A stretch of 64,000 nucleotides of DNA from Escherichia coli (GTDB lineage: Bacteria > Pseudomonadota > Gammaproteobacteria > Enterobacterales > Enterobacteriaceae): the NCBI RefSeq assembly GCF_046105845.1, contig NZ_CP151004.1; one strand, given 5' to 3'. This document shows, in pieces, positions 10,592-21,957 of the stretch. Numbering within the stretch: the first letter of the stretch is position 1; every line of letters starts with the position of its first letter. The position numbers were made by a program, and so were the translations under genes. A model generated the notes under the pieces. The model had not been told where the DNA came from. It saw only the letters and a list, made by a program, of their open reading frames with translations, and ran no database searches.

Positions 10592-10627
10592 ATGAATCTT
10601 CCTTGAGTAAAGTGGGGAATATGTCAC

Positions 10628-10967
10628 ATGAGGTGAGGAGAAAATAGCCGACAGGTGAGAATTCAGAATCTATAAAGGGGTATAGCGAAAAAACATTGCA
10701 TTAAAAAAGTATGTTTTCGGACATTCAATAAATAAATGGCGATATGCATCACAAATACAACAACAATCAAAATGTTGATTTTGTGACAAACATAACAAAT
10801 ACAAAATTGACTTTAAAAATATCAATTTCATGTTGTTGTTATTTAAAGTTTTATTATTTTTGTTCATGGGGTTTTTCTTCTCGCGTACCCAATTGCTTTC
10901 ATTAAACCGCACGAGTATTTTATTTTTACCGCCGGACGGTACCCTAAAAATAAAATAAGGATAATTT
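10628..10967. promoter_or_regulatory. Very AT-rich intergenic region carrying the divergent promoters of the SPFH gene and cmtBA
   Basis: About 340 bp with long A/T tracts and short repeats (caaatacaa twice); a partial CRP-like tgtgacaaacataaca motif. Confidence 0.4.
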
Positions 10968-11411
10968 ATGCGGCTTAGTGATTATTTTCCAGAGTCATCA
11001 ATCTCAGTTATACATTCAGCAAAAGATTGGCAGGAAGCTATTGATTTCTCGATGGCATCATTGCTGGATAAAAACTATATCAGCGAGAATTACATTCAGG
11101 CAATTAAAGATTCCACCATTAACAATGGCCCTTATTATATTCTCGCACCAGGTGTGGCAATGCCTCATGCGCGACCGGAATGTGGGGCGCTTAAAACCGG
11201 GATGTCTTTGACGTTACTTAAACAAGGCGTTTATTTTCCGGGGAATGACGAACCGATTAAATTACTCATCGGGCTTTCTGCTGCCGATGCCGATTCGCAC
11301 ATTGGCGCTATTCAGGCGTTAAGTGAATTACTAAGCGAAGAAGAAATACTCGAACAACTCTTAACAGCATCATCAGAAAAACAATTAGCGGACATTATCA
11401 GCCGCGGATAA
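10968..11411 (+). CDS. cmtB: PTS mannitol-type enzyme IIA component (cryptic)
   Basis: 147-aa ORF with PTS EIIA(Mtl/Fru) fold features (...APGVAMPHARPE...); AT-rich gene. Confidence 0.9.
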   Translation: MRLSDYFPESSISVIHSAKDWQEAIDFSMASLLDKNYISENYIQAIKDSTINNGPYYILAPGVAMPHARPECGALKTGMSLTLLKQGVYFPGNDEPIKLLIGLSAADADSHIGAIQALSELLSEEEILEQLLTASSEKQLADIISRG

Positions 11412-11438
11412 TTACTCTCTCCTCTACAGGATAATATT

Positions 11439-12827
11439 ATGGAAAACAAGTCTGCTCGTGCAAAGGTCCAAGCTTTTGGGGGTTTTTTGACGGCAATGGT
11501 CATCCCCAATATCGGTGCTTTTATTGCCTGGGGCTTTATAACTGCGTTATTTATTCCCACCGGTTGGCTGCCGAATGAACATTTCGCCAAAATTGTCGGC
11601 CCGATGATTACCTATTTATTGCCCGTGATGATTGGTTCTACTGGTGGTCATCTGATCGGCGGCAAACGCGGCGCGGTCATGGGCGGAATAGGTACTATTG
11701 GTGTGATCGTCGGCGCAGAGATCCCGATGTTCCTTGGCTCAATGATCATGGGACCGCTCGGTGGGCTGGTCATAAAATATGTCGATAAGGCACTGGAAAA
11801 ACGCATACCTGCCGGTTTTGAGATGGTTATCAATAACTTCTCATTAGGTATCGCGGGGATGCTCCTTTGTCTGCTGGGTTTTGAAGTGATCGGCCCTGCG
11901 GTGTTAATTGCCAATACTTTCGTCAAAGAGTGTATTGAGGCGCTGGTACATGCGGGTTATCTGCCTTTGCTGTCAGTCATCAATGAACCGGCGAAAGTGC
12001 TTTTCCTTAATAATGCGATCGATCAGGGCGTCTATTATCCGCTGGGAATGCAACAGGCATCAGTTAACGGCAAATCCATCTTCTTTATGGTGGCCTCTAA
12101 CCCAGGTCCGGGCCTGGGGCTGCTGCTGGCGTTTACCTTGTTTGGTAAAGGGATGAGTAAACGTTCTGCGCCAGGGGCGATGATTATTCACTTCCTCGGT
12201 GGGATCCACGAACTGTATTTCCCATATGTGCTGATGAAGCCGCTGACCATTATTGCCATGATTGCGGGCGGTATGTCTGGCACCTGGATGTTTAACTTAC
12301 TGGACGGTGGTCTGGTGGCTGGCCCAAGTCCGGGGTCTATCTTTGCTTACCTGGCACTGACGCCGAAAGGCTCGTTCCTGGCGACAATTGCCGGTGTTAC
12401 GGTAGGTACCCTGGTGTCCTTTGCTATCACTTCGCTGATACTGAAGATGGAAAAAACGGTGGAAACGGAGAGCGAAGATGAGTTTGCTCAGTCAGCCAAT
12501 GCGGTTAAGGCGATGAAACAAGAGGGTGCATTCTCGTTAAGCCGGGTTAAGCGTATCGCCTTTGTTTGCGATGCGGGGATGGGCTCCAGCGCGATGGGCG
12601 CAACCACCTTCCGTAAACGTCTGGAAAAAGCGGGGCTGGCAATTGAAGTAAAACATTACGCGATAGAAAACGTGCCTGCGGATGCGGATATCGTTGTTAC
12701 TCATGCCAGTCTGGAAGGGCGCGTGAAACGTGTGACGGATAAACCGCTGATACTGATTAATAACTATATTGGCGATCCAAAACTCGACACTTTATTTAAT
12801 CAATTAACCGCCGAACATAAAAACTGA
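11439..12827 (+). CDS. cmtA: PTS mannitol-type enzyme IICB component (cryptic)
   Basis: 462-aa polytopic membrane protein with C-terminal EIIB domain (CDAGMGSS). Confidence 0.92.
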   Translation: MENKSARAKVQAFGGFLTAMVIPNIGAFIAWGFITALFIPTGWLPNEHFAKIVGPMITYLLPVMIGSTGGHLIGGKRGAVMGGIGTIGVIVGAEIPMFLGSMIMGPLGGLVIKYVDKALEKRIPAGFEMVINNFSLGIAGMLLCLLGFEVIGPAVLIANTFVKECIEALVHAGYLPLLSVINEPAKVLFLNNAIDQGVYYPLGMQQASVNGKSIFFMVASNPGPGLGLLLAFTLFGKGMSKRSAPGAMIIHFLGGIHELYFPYVLMKPLTIIAMIAGGMSGTWMFNLLDGGLVAGPSPGSIFAYLALTPKGSFLATIAGVTVGTLVSFAITSLILKMEKTVETESEDEFAQSANAVKAMKQEGAFSLSRVKRIAFVCDAGMGSSAMGATTFRKRLEKAGLAIEVKHYAIENVPADADIVVTHASLEGRVKRVTDKPLILINNYIGDPKLDTLFNQLTAEHKN

Positions 12828-12841
12828 TTGCCGAGGTAAAA

Positions 12842-14119
12842 ATGAAAACCAAAGTTGCTGCTATTTATGGCAAGCGGGATGTCCGTCTGCGCGAATTTGA
12901 ACTGCCAGAAATTACCGATAATGAACTGTTAGTGAGTGTGATTTCTGACAGCGTCTGTTTATCGACCTGGAAAGCGGCGTTACTCGGTAGTGAACATAAA
13001 CGCGTACCCGACGATTTAGAAAATCATCCGGTCATTACCGGGCATGAATGTGCCGGGGTTATTGTTGAAGTGGGTAAAAATCTCACCGACAAATATAAAA
13101 AAGGCCAGCGTTTTGTATTGCAACCGGCGATGGGGTTACCAAGCGGATATTCAGCGGGCTACAGCTACGAATATTTTGGCGGTAACGCCACCTATATGAT
13201 TATTCCCGAAATCGCCATTAATTTGGGCTGCGTATTACCGTATCACGGCTCTTATTTTGCTGCGGCGTCGCTGGCAGAGCCTATGTGCTGCATTATTGGC
13301 GCTTATCATGCCAATTATCACACCACGCAATATGTTTATGAGCATCGCATGGGCGTTAAACCTGGCGGCAGTATTGCGCTGCTGGCATGTGCTGGTCCGA
13401 TGGGCATTGGCGCTATCGATTATGCTATTAACGGCGGCATACAACCGTCGCGGGTGGTGGTGGTCGATATCGACGACAAACGCCTGGCGCAGGTACAAAA
13501 GCTGCTGCCGGTGGAACTGGCGGCCAGTAAAGGCATTGAGCTGGTGTATATGAATACCAAAGGGATGAGCGATCCGGTCCAGACGCTGCGGGCGCTGACG
13601 GATGATGCCGGATTTGATGACGTATTTGTCTATGCAGCGGTGCCTTCAGTCGTCGAGATGGCTGATGAATTACTGGCGGAAGATGGCTGCCTGAACTTCT
13701 TTGCCGGGCCGACGGATAAAAACTTCAAAGTGCCGTTTAATTTCTACAACGTCCATTACAACAGCACGCATGTCGTCGGTACGTCCGGCGGTTCAACGGA
13801 CGACATGAAAGAGGCGATTGCGCTTAGCGCCACAGGGCAGTTGCAGCCGTCGTTTATGGTGACCCATATCGGTGGGCTGGATGCGGTGCCTGATACCGTG
13901 CTCAATCTGCCGGATATCCCCGGCGGTAAAAAACTCATTTATAACGGTGTGACCATGCCGCTCACTGCCATTGCCGATTTTGCCGAAAAAGGCAAAACCG
14001 ATCCGCTGTTTAAAGAGCTGGCGCGGCTGGTTGAGGAAACGCACGGCATCTGGAATGAGCAGGCCGAGAAATATCTGCTGGCGCAATTTGGCGTTGATAT
14101 CGGGGAGGCCGCGCAATGA
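12842..14119 (+). CDS. yggP: Zn-dependent polyol/alcohol dehydrogenase-like protein
   Basis: 425-aa ORF recognised as YggP (MDR superfamily). Confidence 0.88.
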   Translation: MKTKVAAIYGKRDVRLREFELPEITDNELLVSVISDSVCLSTWKAALLGSEHKRVPDDLENHPVITGHECAGVIVEVGKNLTDKYKKGQRFVLQPAMGLPSGYSAGYSYEYFGGNATYMIIPEIAINLGCVLPYHGSYFAAASLAEPMCCIIGAYHANYHTTQYVYEHRMGVKPGGSIALLACAGPMGIGAIDYAINGGIQPSRVVVVDIDDKRLAQVQKLLPVELAASKGIELVYMNTKGMSDPVQTLRALTDDAGFDDVFVYAAVPSVVEMADELLAEDGCLNFFAGPTDKNFKVPFNFYNVHYNSTHVVGTSGGSTDDMKEAIALSATGQLQPSFMVTHIGGLDAVPDTVLNLPDIPGGKKLIYNGVTMPLTAIADFAEKGKTDPLFKELARLVEETHGIWNEQAEKYLLAQFGVDIGEAAQ

Positions 14120-15081
14120 TGTCCCTGGCGTGGCCATTATTTCGCGTTACGGAACAGGCAGCGTTGGCTGCCTGGCCGCAAACCGGATGTGGCGACAAAA
14201 ATAAAATTGATGGCCTGGCGGTCACCGCGATGCGCCAGGCATTAAACGACGTCGCTTTTCGTGGGCGAGTGGTTATCGGCGAGGGAGAGATTGACCATGC
14301 GCCGATGCTGTGGATTGGCGAAGAGGTGGGCAAAGGCGATGGGCCAGAAGTCGATATCGCGGTTGATCCCATTGAAGGTACGCGGATGGTGGCGATGGGG
14401 CAGAGCAATGCGCTGGCGGTCATGGCTTTCGCCCCTCGAGATAGCCTGTTACACGCGCCCGATATGTATATGAAAAAACTGGTTGTTAATCGGCTGGCGG
14501 CGGGCGCGATTGATCTGTCCATGCCTCTGGCGGACAACTTGCGCAACGTGGCGAAAGCGTTAGGCAAACCGCTGGACAAGCTGCGTATGGTTACGCTGGA
14601 TAAACCGCGCCTGAGTGCCGCAATTGAGGAAGCAACACAGCTGGGCGTGAAGGTTTTTGCCCTGCCGGATGGCGATGTCGCCGCCAGCGTGCTGACCTGC
14701 TGGCAGGATAATCCTTACGATGTGATGTACACCATCGGCGGTGCGCCAGAAGGCGTGATTTCTGCCTGTGCCGTTAAAGCATTAGGCGGGGATATGCAGG
14801 CCGAGCTGATTGACTTTTGTCAGGCTAAAGGGGATTACACGGAAAATCGGCAGATTGCAGAGCAGGAGCGCAAGCGTTGCAAGGCAATGGGCGTTGACGT
14901 TAACCGTGTGTACTCGCTCGATGAACTGGTGAGGGGGAACGATATCCTCTTTAGTGCTACGGGCGTGACGGGCGGCGAGTTGGTGAACGGTATCCAACAG
15001 ACGGCGAATGGGGTGCGGACGCAGACATTACTGATCGGCGGCGCGGACCAAACGTGTAATATAATAGACTCCCTGCATTGA
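14116..15081 (+). CDS. yggF: Class II (GlpX-like) fructose-1,6-bisphosphatase
   Basis: 321-aa ORF with GlpX-family sequence; start overlaps the yggP stop (ATGA). Confidence 0.9.
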   Translation: MMSLAWPLFRVTEQAALAAWPQTGCGDKNKIDGLAVTAMRQALNDVAFRGRVVIGEGEIDHAPMLWIGEEVGKGDGPEVDIAVDPIEGTRMVAMGQSNALAVMAFAPRDSLLHAPDMYMKKLVVNRLAAGAIDLSMPLADNLRNVAKALGKPLDKLRMVTLDKPRLSAAIEEATQLGVKVFALPDGDVAASVLTCWQDNPYDVMYTIGGAPEGVISACAVKALGGDMQAELIDFCQAKGDYTENRQIAEQERKRCKAMGVDVNRVYSLDELVRGNDILFSATGVTGGELVNGIQQTANGVRTQTLLIGGADQTCNIIDSLH

Positions 15082-15102
15082 TGGTGATCTATCGGAAGAC
15101 CA

Positions 15103-15612
15103 ATGGCGACGCTGACAGAAGATGATGTGCTTGAGCAACTGGATGCACAGGACAATTTATTTTCATTTATGAAAACTGCGCATTCTATTTTGCTCCAGGG
15201 GATACGCCAGTTTCTGCCGTCGCTGTTTGTCGATAATGATGAAGAGATCGTCGAATATGCAGTGAAGCCGTTACTCGCCCAAAGCGGCCCGCTTGACGAT
15301 ATTGATGTTGCACTGCGTTTGATTTATGCGCTGGGAAAAATGGATAAATGGCTGTACGCCGATATCACCCATTTTTCCCAGTTCTGGCATTACCTGAACG
15401 AACAGGATGAAACGCCCGGATTTGCCGATGACATGACCTGGGATTTTATCAGCAACGTCAATAGCATAACCCGCAATGCGACTCTCTATGACGCGTTGAA
15501 AGCGATGAAGTTCGCCGATTTCGCCGTCTGGTCAGAGGCGCGTTTTAGCGGGATGGTCAAAACGGCGCTGACGCTGGCAGTAACGACAACCTTAAAGGAA
15601 TTAACGCCGTGA
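15103..15612 (+). CDS. yggD: MtlR-family protein YggD (reported as fumarase E)
   Basis: 169-aa ORF MATLTEDDVLEQLDAQDNLFSFMKTAHSILLQG... Confidence 0.88.
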   Translation: MATLTEDDVLEQLDAQDNLFSFMKTAHSILLQGIRQFLPSLFVDNDEEIVEYAVKPLLAQSGPLDDIDVALRLIYALGKMDKWLYADITHFSQFWHYLNEQDETPGFADDMTWDFISNVNSITRNATLYDALKAMKFADFAVWSEARFSGMVKTALTLAVTTTLKELTP

Positions 15613-16322
15613 AAATCGAACTGACGGTGAATGGACTAAAGGTACAGGCGCAGTACTCTGATGATGAAATTGAGAATGTTCATAAACCGCTACTGCGTAT
15701 GCTGGCGGCCTTACAGACGGTAAATCCGCAGCGGCGTACGGTGGTTTTTCTTTGCGCTCCGCCGGGGACGGGTAAATCTACCCTAACCACCTTCTGGGAA
15801 TATCTCGCGCAACAAGACCCGGAACTACCCGCTATTCAGACACTCCCGATGGATGGTTTTCACCATTACAATAGCTGGCTGGATGCGCATCAATTGCGCC
15901 CCTTCAAAGGCGCACCAGAGACATTTGACGTTGCGAAACTGGCGGAAAATCTGCGCCAGGTCGTGGAAGGGGATTGTACGTGGCCGCAGTACGATCGACA
16001 AAAGCATGATCCTGTTGAAGATGCGTTGCACGTTACCGCACCACTCGTCATCGTCGAAGGAAACTGGCTATTACTGGATGATGAAAAGTGGCAGGAGTTG
16101 GCATCTTTCTGCGATTTTTCTATTTTTATTCATGCACCTGCTCAAATTCTGCGGGAGCGCTTGATTAGTCGTAAAATTGCGGGAGGATTATCGCGGCAAG
16201 AAGCCGAAGCTTTTTATGCCCGAACCGATGGTCCCAATGTCGAGCGTGTGCTGGTGAATAGTCGTCAGGCCAATCTGATATTAGAGATGACCGAAGAAGG
16301 CAGATATCACTTCAAAAGCTGA
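15609..16322 (+). CDS. yggC: P-loop nucleoside/pantothenate-kinase-like protein
   Basis: 237-aa ORF with Walker A motif APPGTGKST; start overlaps the yggD stop. Confidence 0.88.
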   Translation: MKIELTVNGLKVQAQYSDDEIENVHKPLLRMLAALQTVNPQRRTVVFLCAPPGTGKSTLTTFWEYLAQQDPELPAIQTLPMDGFHHYNSWLDAHQLRPFKGAPETFDVAKLAENLRQVVEGDCTWPQYDRQKHDPVEDALHVTAPLVIVEGNWLLLDDEKWQELASFCDFSIFIHAPAQILRERLISRKIAGGLSRQEAEAFYARTDGPNVERVLVNSRQANLILEMTEEGRYHFKS

Positions 16323-16606
16323 CAATTTATTCCAGTTATTGCAGGGGGATTATTACGCCAGCCTGGAATAAAGCTCCCTACAAAAGGGGATAAAAGTGTG
16401 ATGTAAGTCAGATAAATGTCTTCTTCGGCTGGACAATCATTCCTTTTATTCCACGTTTCGCTTATCCTAGCTGAAGCGTTTCAGTCGATTAAATGTTCGA
16501 CAATTAACCAATCAGTCGCAGTTTGCGACAGGTAAGGTTTCCCCGAACGATTTGCTGGATTACTCTGTCAGGCAAATTTGCTCAGGGAAAACCTTGCAGG
16601 AGATCT

Positions 16607-17626
16607 ATGACCGTACGCGTAGCGATAAATGGCTTCGGTCGCATCGGGCGTAATGTGGTTCGTGCTTTGTATGAATCCGGACGTCGGGCGGAAATTACCG
16701 TGGTGGCAATCAACGAACTGGCGGATGCTGCGGGCATGGCGCATTTGTTGAAATATGACACCAGCCATGGCCGTTTTGCATGGGAAGTACGACAGGAACG
16801 CGATCAACTTTTTGTTGGTGATGACGCCATCCGCGTATTGCATGAACGTTCACTGCAATCGCTCCCCTGGCGTGAACTTGGCGTTGATGTAGTCCTCGAC
16901 TGCACCGGCGTATATGGCTCCCGCGAACATGGCGAAGCGCATATTGCCGCCGGGGCTAAAAAAGTGCTCTTTTCACATCCTGGCAGTAACGATCTCGATG
17001 CGACCGTTGTTTACGGCGTCAATCAGGATCAACTTCGTGCGGAACACCGCATCGTTTCTAACGCTTCCTGTACCACGAATTGCATAATTCCCGTCATCAA
17101 ATTGTTAGATGATGCGTACGGTATTGAGTCCGGCACTGTGACCACAATTCACTCCGCCATGCACGATCAACAGGTTATTGATGCATACCATCCTGACCTG
17201 CGTCGCACCCGGGCAGCCAGCCAGTCGATCATTCCGGTCGATACTAAACTGGCCGCCGGTATCACACGATTTTTTCCGCAATTTAACGATCGCTTTGAAG
17301 CGATTGCGGTACGTGTGCCAACCATAAATGTGACGGCAATCGATTTAAGCGTGACGGTGAAGAAACCTGTAAAAGCCAATGAAGTCAACCTGTTGCTGCA
17401 AAAAGCAGCACAAGGTGCATTTCATGGTATAGTTGACTATACGGAATTGCCGTTGGTCTCTGTAGATTTTAACCACGATCCGCACAGTGCCATTGTCGAT
17501 GGCACCCAAACCCGGGTCAGTGGCGCACACCTGATCAAAACGTTGGTCTGGTGCGATAACGAATGGGGCTTTGCTAACCGAATGCTCGACACGACGTTAG
17601 CTATGGCTACTGTTGCTTTCAGGTAA
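16607..17626 (+). CDS. epd: D-erythrose-4-phosphate dehydrogenase
   Basis: ORF 16523..17626 trimmed to [15 protein letters not shown] (NAD-binding motif) at 16607, SD gcaggag; 339 aa. Confidence 0.95.
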
Positions 17627-17675
17627 GACGCAAGCAGCGTCTGCAAAACTTTTAGAATCAACGAGAGGATTCACC

Positions 17676-18839
17676 ATGTCTGTAATTAAGATGACCGATC
17701 TGGATCTTGCTGGGAAACGTGTATTTATCCGTGCGGATCTGAACGTACCAGTAAAAGACGGGAAAGTAACCAGCGACGCGCGTATCCGTGCTTCTCTGCC
17801 GACCATCGAACTGGCCCTGAAACAAGGCGCAAAAGTGATGGTAACTTCCCACCTGGGTCGTCCTACCGAAGGCGAGTACAACGAAGAATTCTCTCTGCTG
17901 CCGGTTGTTAACTACCTGAAAGACAAACTGTCTAACCCGGTTCGTTTGGTTAAAGATTACCTCGACGGCGTTGACGTTGCTGAAGGTGAACTGGTTGTTC
18001 TGGAAAACGTTCGCTTCAACAAAGGCGAGAAGAAAGACGACGAAACTCTGTCCAAAAAATACGCTGCACTGTGTGACGTGTTCGTAATGGACGCATTCGG
18101 TACTGCTCACCGCGCGCAGGCTTCTACTCACGGTATCGGTAAATTTGCTGATGTTGCGTGCGCAGGCCCGCTGCTGGCAGCTGAACTGGACGCGCTGGGT
18201 AAAGCACTGAAAGAACCTGCTCGCCCGATGGTGGCTATCGTTGGTGGTTCTAAAGTATCTACCAAACTGACCGTTCTGGACTCCCTGTCTAAAATCGCTG
18301 ACCAGCTGATTGTTGGTGGTGGTATCGCTAACACCTTTATCGCGGCACAAGGCCACGATGTGGGTAAATCTCTGTACGAAGCTGACCTGGTTGACGAAGC
18401 TAAACGTCTGCTGACCACCTGCAACATCCCGGTTCCGTCTGATGTTCGCGTAGCAACCGAGTTCTCTGAAACTGCACCGGCTACCCTGAAATCTGTTAAC
18501 GATGTGAAAGCTGACGAGCAGATCCTGGATATCGGTGATGCTTCCGCTCAGGAACTGGCTGAAATCCTGAAGAATGCGAAAACCATTCTGTGGAACGGTC
18601 CGGTTGGCGTGTTCGAATTCCCGAACTTCCGCAAAGGTACTGAAATCGTGGCTAACGCTATCGCAGACAGCGAAGCGTTCTCCATCGCTGGCGGCGGCGA
18701 CACTCTGGCAGCAATCGACCTGTTCGGCATTGCTGACAAAATCTCCTACATCTCCACTGGCGGCGGCGCATTCCTCGAATTCGTGGAAGGTAAAGTACTG
18801 CCTGCAGTAGCGATGCTCGAAGAGCGCGCTAAGAAGTAA
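17676..18839 (+). CDS. pgk: Phosphoglycerate kinase
   Basis: ORF 17613..18839 trimmed to [25 protein letters not shown] at 17676; 387 aa. Confidence 0.97.
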
Positions 18840-18929
18840 AAAATCACAGGGCAGGGAAACCTGCCCTTGTTGCAGCGCGCTTTTAAAGCACGCACTTTTT
18901 CATACTCTAAATAATTCGAGTTGCAGGAA

Positions 18930-19030
18930 GGCGACAAGAGAGTGAATCCCATGAGCTTACATAAGTAAGTGACTGGGGTGAGCGAACGCAGACGCAGCAC
19001 ATGCAACTTGAAGTATGACGAGTATAAGGC
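18930..19030. repeat. ERIC/IRU intergenic repeat between pgk and fbaA
   Basis: 18963-18984 aagtaagtgactggggtgagcg equals the ERIC2 primer sequence; the preceding gtgaatcccatgagcttacat is the near-complement of ERIC1R. Outer boundaries approximate. Confidence 0.75.
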
Positions 19031-19052
19031 CCGACGATACAGGACAAGAGAC

Positions 19053-20132
19053 ATGTCTAAGATTTTTGATTTCGTAAAACCTGGCGTAATCACTGGTGAT
19101 GACGTACAGAAAGTTTTCCAGGTAGCAAAAGAAAACAACTTCGCACTGCCAGCAGTAAACTGCGTCGGTACTGACTCCATCAACGCCGTGCTGGAAACCG
19201 CTGCTAAAGTTAAAGCGCCGGTTATCGTTCAGTTCTCCAACGGTGGTGCTTCCTTTATCGCTGGTAAAGGCGTGAAATCTGACGTTCCGCAGGGTGCTGC
19301 TATCCTGGGCGCGATCTCTGGTGCGCATCACGTTCACCAGATGGCTGAACATTATGGTGTTCCGGTTATCCTGCACACCGACCACTGCGCGAAGAAACTG
19401 CTGCCGTGGATCGACGGTCTGCTGGACGCGGGTGAAAAACACTTCGCTGCTACCGGTAAGCCGCTGTTCTCTTCTCACATGATCGACCTGTCTGAAGAAT
19501 CTCTGCAAGAGAACATCGAAATCTGCTCTAAATACCTGGAGCGCATGTCCAAAATCGGCATGACTCTGGAAATCGAACTGGGTTGCACCGGTGGTGAAGA
19601 AGACGGCGTAGACAACAGCCACATGGACGCTTCTGCACTGTACACCCAGCCGGAAGACGTTGATTACGCATACACCGAGCTGAGCAAAATCAGCCCGCGT
19701 TTCACCATCGCAGCGTCCTTCGGTAACGTACACGGTGTTTACAAGCCGGGTAACGTGGTTCTGACTCCGACCATCCTGCGTGATTCTCAGGAATATGTTT
19801 CTAAGAAACACAACCTGCCGCACAACAGCCTGAACTTCGTATTCCACGGTGGTTCCGGTTCTACTGCTCAGGAAATCAAAGACTCCGTAAGCTACGGCGT
19901 AGTGAAAATGAACATCGATACCGATACCCAATGGGCAACCTGGGAAGGCGTTCTGAACTACTACAAAGCGAACGAAGCTTATCTGCAGGGTCAGCTGGGT
20001 AACCCGAAAGGCGAAGATCAGCCGAACAAGAAATACTACGATCCGCGCGTATGGCTGCGTGCCGGTCAGACTTCGATGATCGCTCGTCTGGAAAAAGCAT
20101 TCCAGGAACTGAACGCGATCGACGTTCTGTAA
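19053..20132 (+). CDS. fbaA: Fructose-bisphosphate aldolase class II
   Basis: ORF 18969..20132 trimmed to MSKIFDFVKPGVITGDDVQKVFQVAKENNFALPAVN at 19053; 359 aa. The ORF-track extension runs through the ERIC repeat. Confidence 0.97.
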   Translation: MSKIFDFVKPGVITGDDVQKVFQVAKENNFALPAVNCVGTDSINAVLETAAKVKAPVIVQFSNGGASFIAGKGVKSDVPQGAAILGAISGAHHVHQMAEHYGVPVILHTDHCAKKLLPWIDGLLDAGEKHFAATGKPLFSSHMIDLSEESLQENIEICSKYLERMSKIGMTLEIELGCTGGEEDGVDNSHMDASALYTQPEDVDYAYTELSKISPRFTIAASFGNVHGVYKPGNVVLTPTILRDSQEYVSKKHNLPHNSLNFVFHGGSGSTAQEIKDSVSYGVVKMNIDTDTQWATWEGVLNYYKANEAYLQGQLGNPKGEDQPNKKYYDPRVWLRAGQTSMIARLEKAFQELNAIDVL

Positions 20133-20154
20133 GTCATTCCTTTCTGCTTATCTC

Positions 20155-20180
20155 AAGGCCCGCTCTGCGGGTCTTTTTTT
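20155..20180 (+). terminator. Intrinsic terminator of fbaA
   Basis: aaggcccgc tct gcgggtc hairpin followed by ttttttt. Confidence 0.8.
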
Positions 20181-20322
20181 CGCCAAAAGCAAGGTGATAC
20201 AGATGAGAAATCTGTGATCTATTTGGCAAAATTATGCTTTATTGTTTACCCTTGTCAGACTGCCCGTCATAAGGCGGCGGAGTGTATTTCTCCATTTTGA
20301 GTCAGTTGAAAAGGAATATTGA

Positions 20323-21183
<861 letters not shown>

Positions 21184-21321
21184 TCAACGCTGAGGCCAGA
21201 TAATACTCTCTGGCCTCTCTCTTATTAGTTTTTCTGATTGCCAATTAATATTATCAATTTCCGCTAATAACAATCCCGCGATATAGTCTCTGCATCAGAT
21301 ACTTAATTCGGAATATCCAAC

Positions 21322-21957
21322 GTGTTTTCTTATTACTTTCAAGGCCTTGCTCTTGGGGCAGCTATGATTCTGCCGCTCGGCCCACAAAATGCTTTTGTGA
21401 TGAATCAGGGCATTCGTCGTCAGTACCACATTATGATTGCCTTACTTTGCGCTATCAGCGATTTGGTCCTGATTTGCGCCGGGATTTTTGGTGGCAGCGC
21501 GTTATTGATGCAGTCGCCGTGGTTGCTGGCGCTGGTCACCTGGGGCGGCGTAGCCTTCTTGCTGTGGTATGGTTTTGGCGCTTTTAAAACAGCGATGAGC
21601 AGTAATATTGAGTTAGCCAGTGCCGAAGTCCTGAAGCAAGGCAGATGGAAAATTATCGCCACCATGTTGGCAGTGACCTGGCTGAATCCGCATGTTTACC
21701 TGGATACTTTTGTTGTACTGGGCAGCCTTGGCGGGCAACTTGATGTGGAACCAAAACGTTGGTTTGCGCTCGGGACTATTAGCGCCTCTTTCCTGTGGTT
21801 CTTTGGTCTGGCTATTCTCGCAGCCTGGCTGGCACCGCGCCTGCGCACGGCAAAATCACAACGCATTATCAATCTGGTTGTGGGATGTGTTATGTGGTTT
21901 ATTGCCTTGCAGCTGGCGAGAGACGGTATTGCTCATGCACAAGCCTTGTTCAGTTAG
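21322..21957 (+). CDS. argO: Arginine exporter (LysE family)
   Basis: 211-aa ORF with GTG start; [30 protein letters not shown]... Confidence 0.94.

Noticed and set aside
10670-10912. 80-aa minus-strand ORF in the AT-rich tktA-cmtB spacer
   Set aside because: Asn/Lys/Leu low-complexity translation typical of AT-rich non-coding DNA, with no SD; kept only as part of the regulatory-region call.
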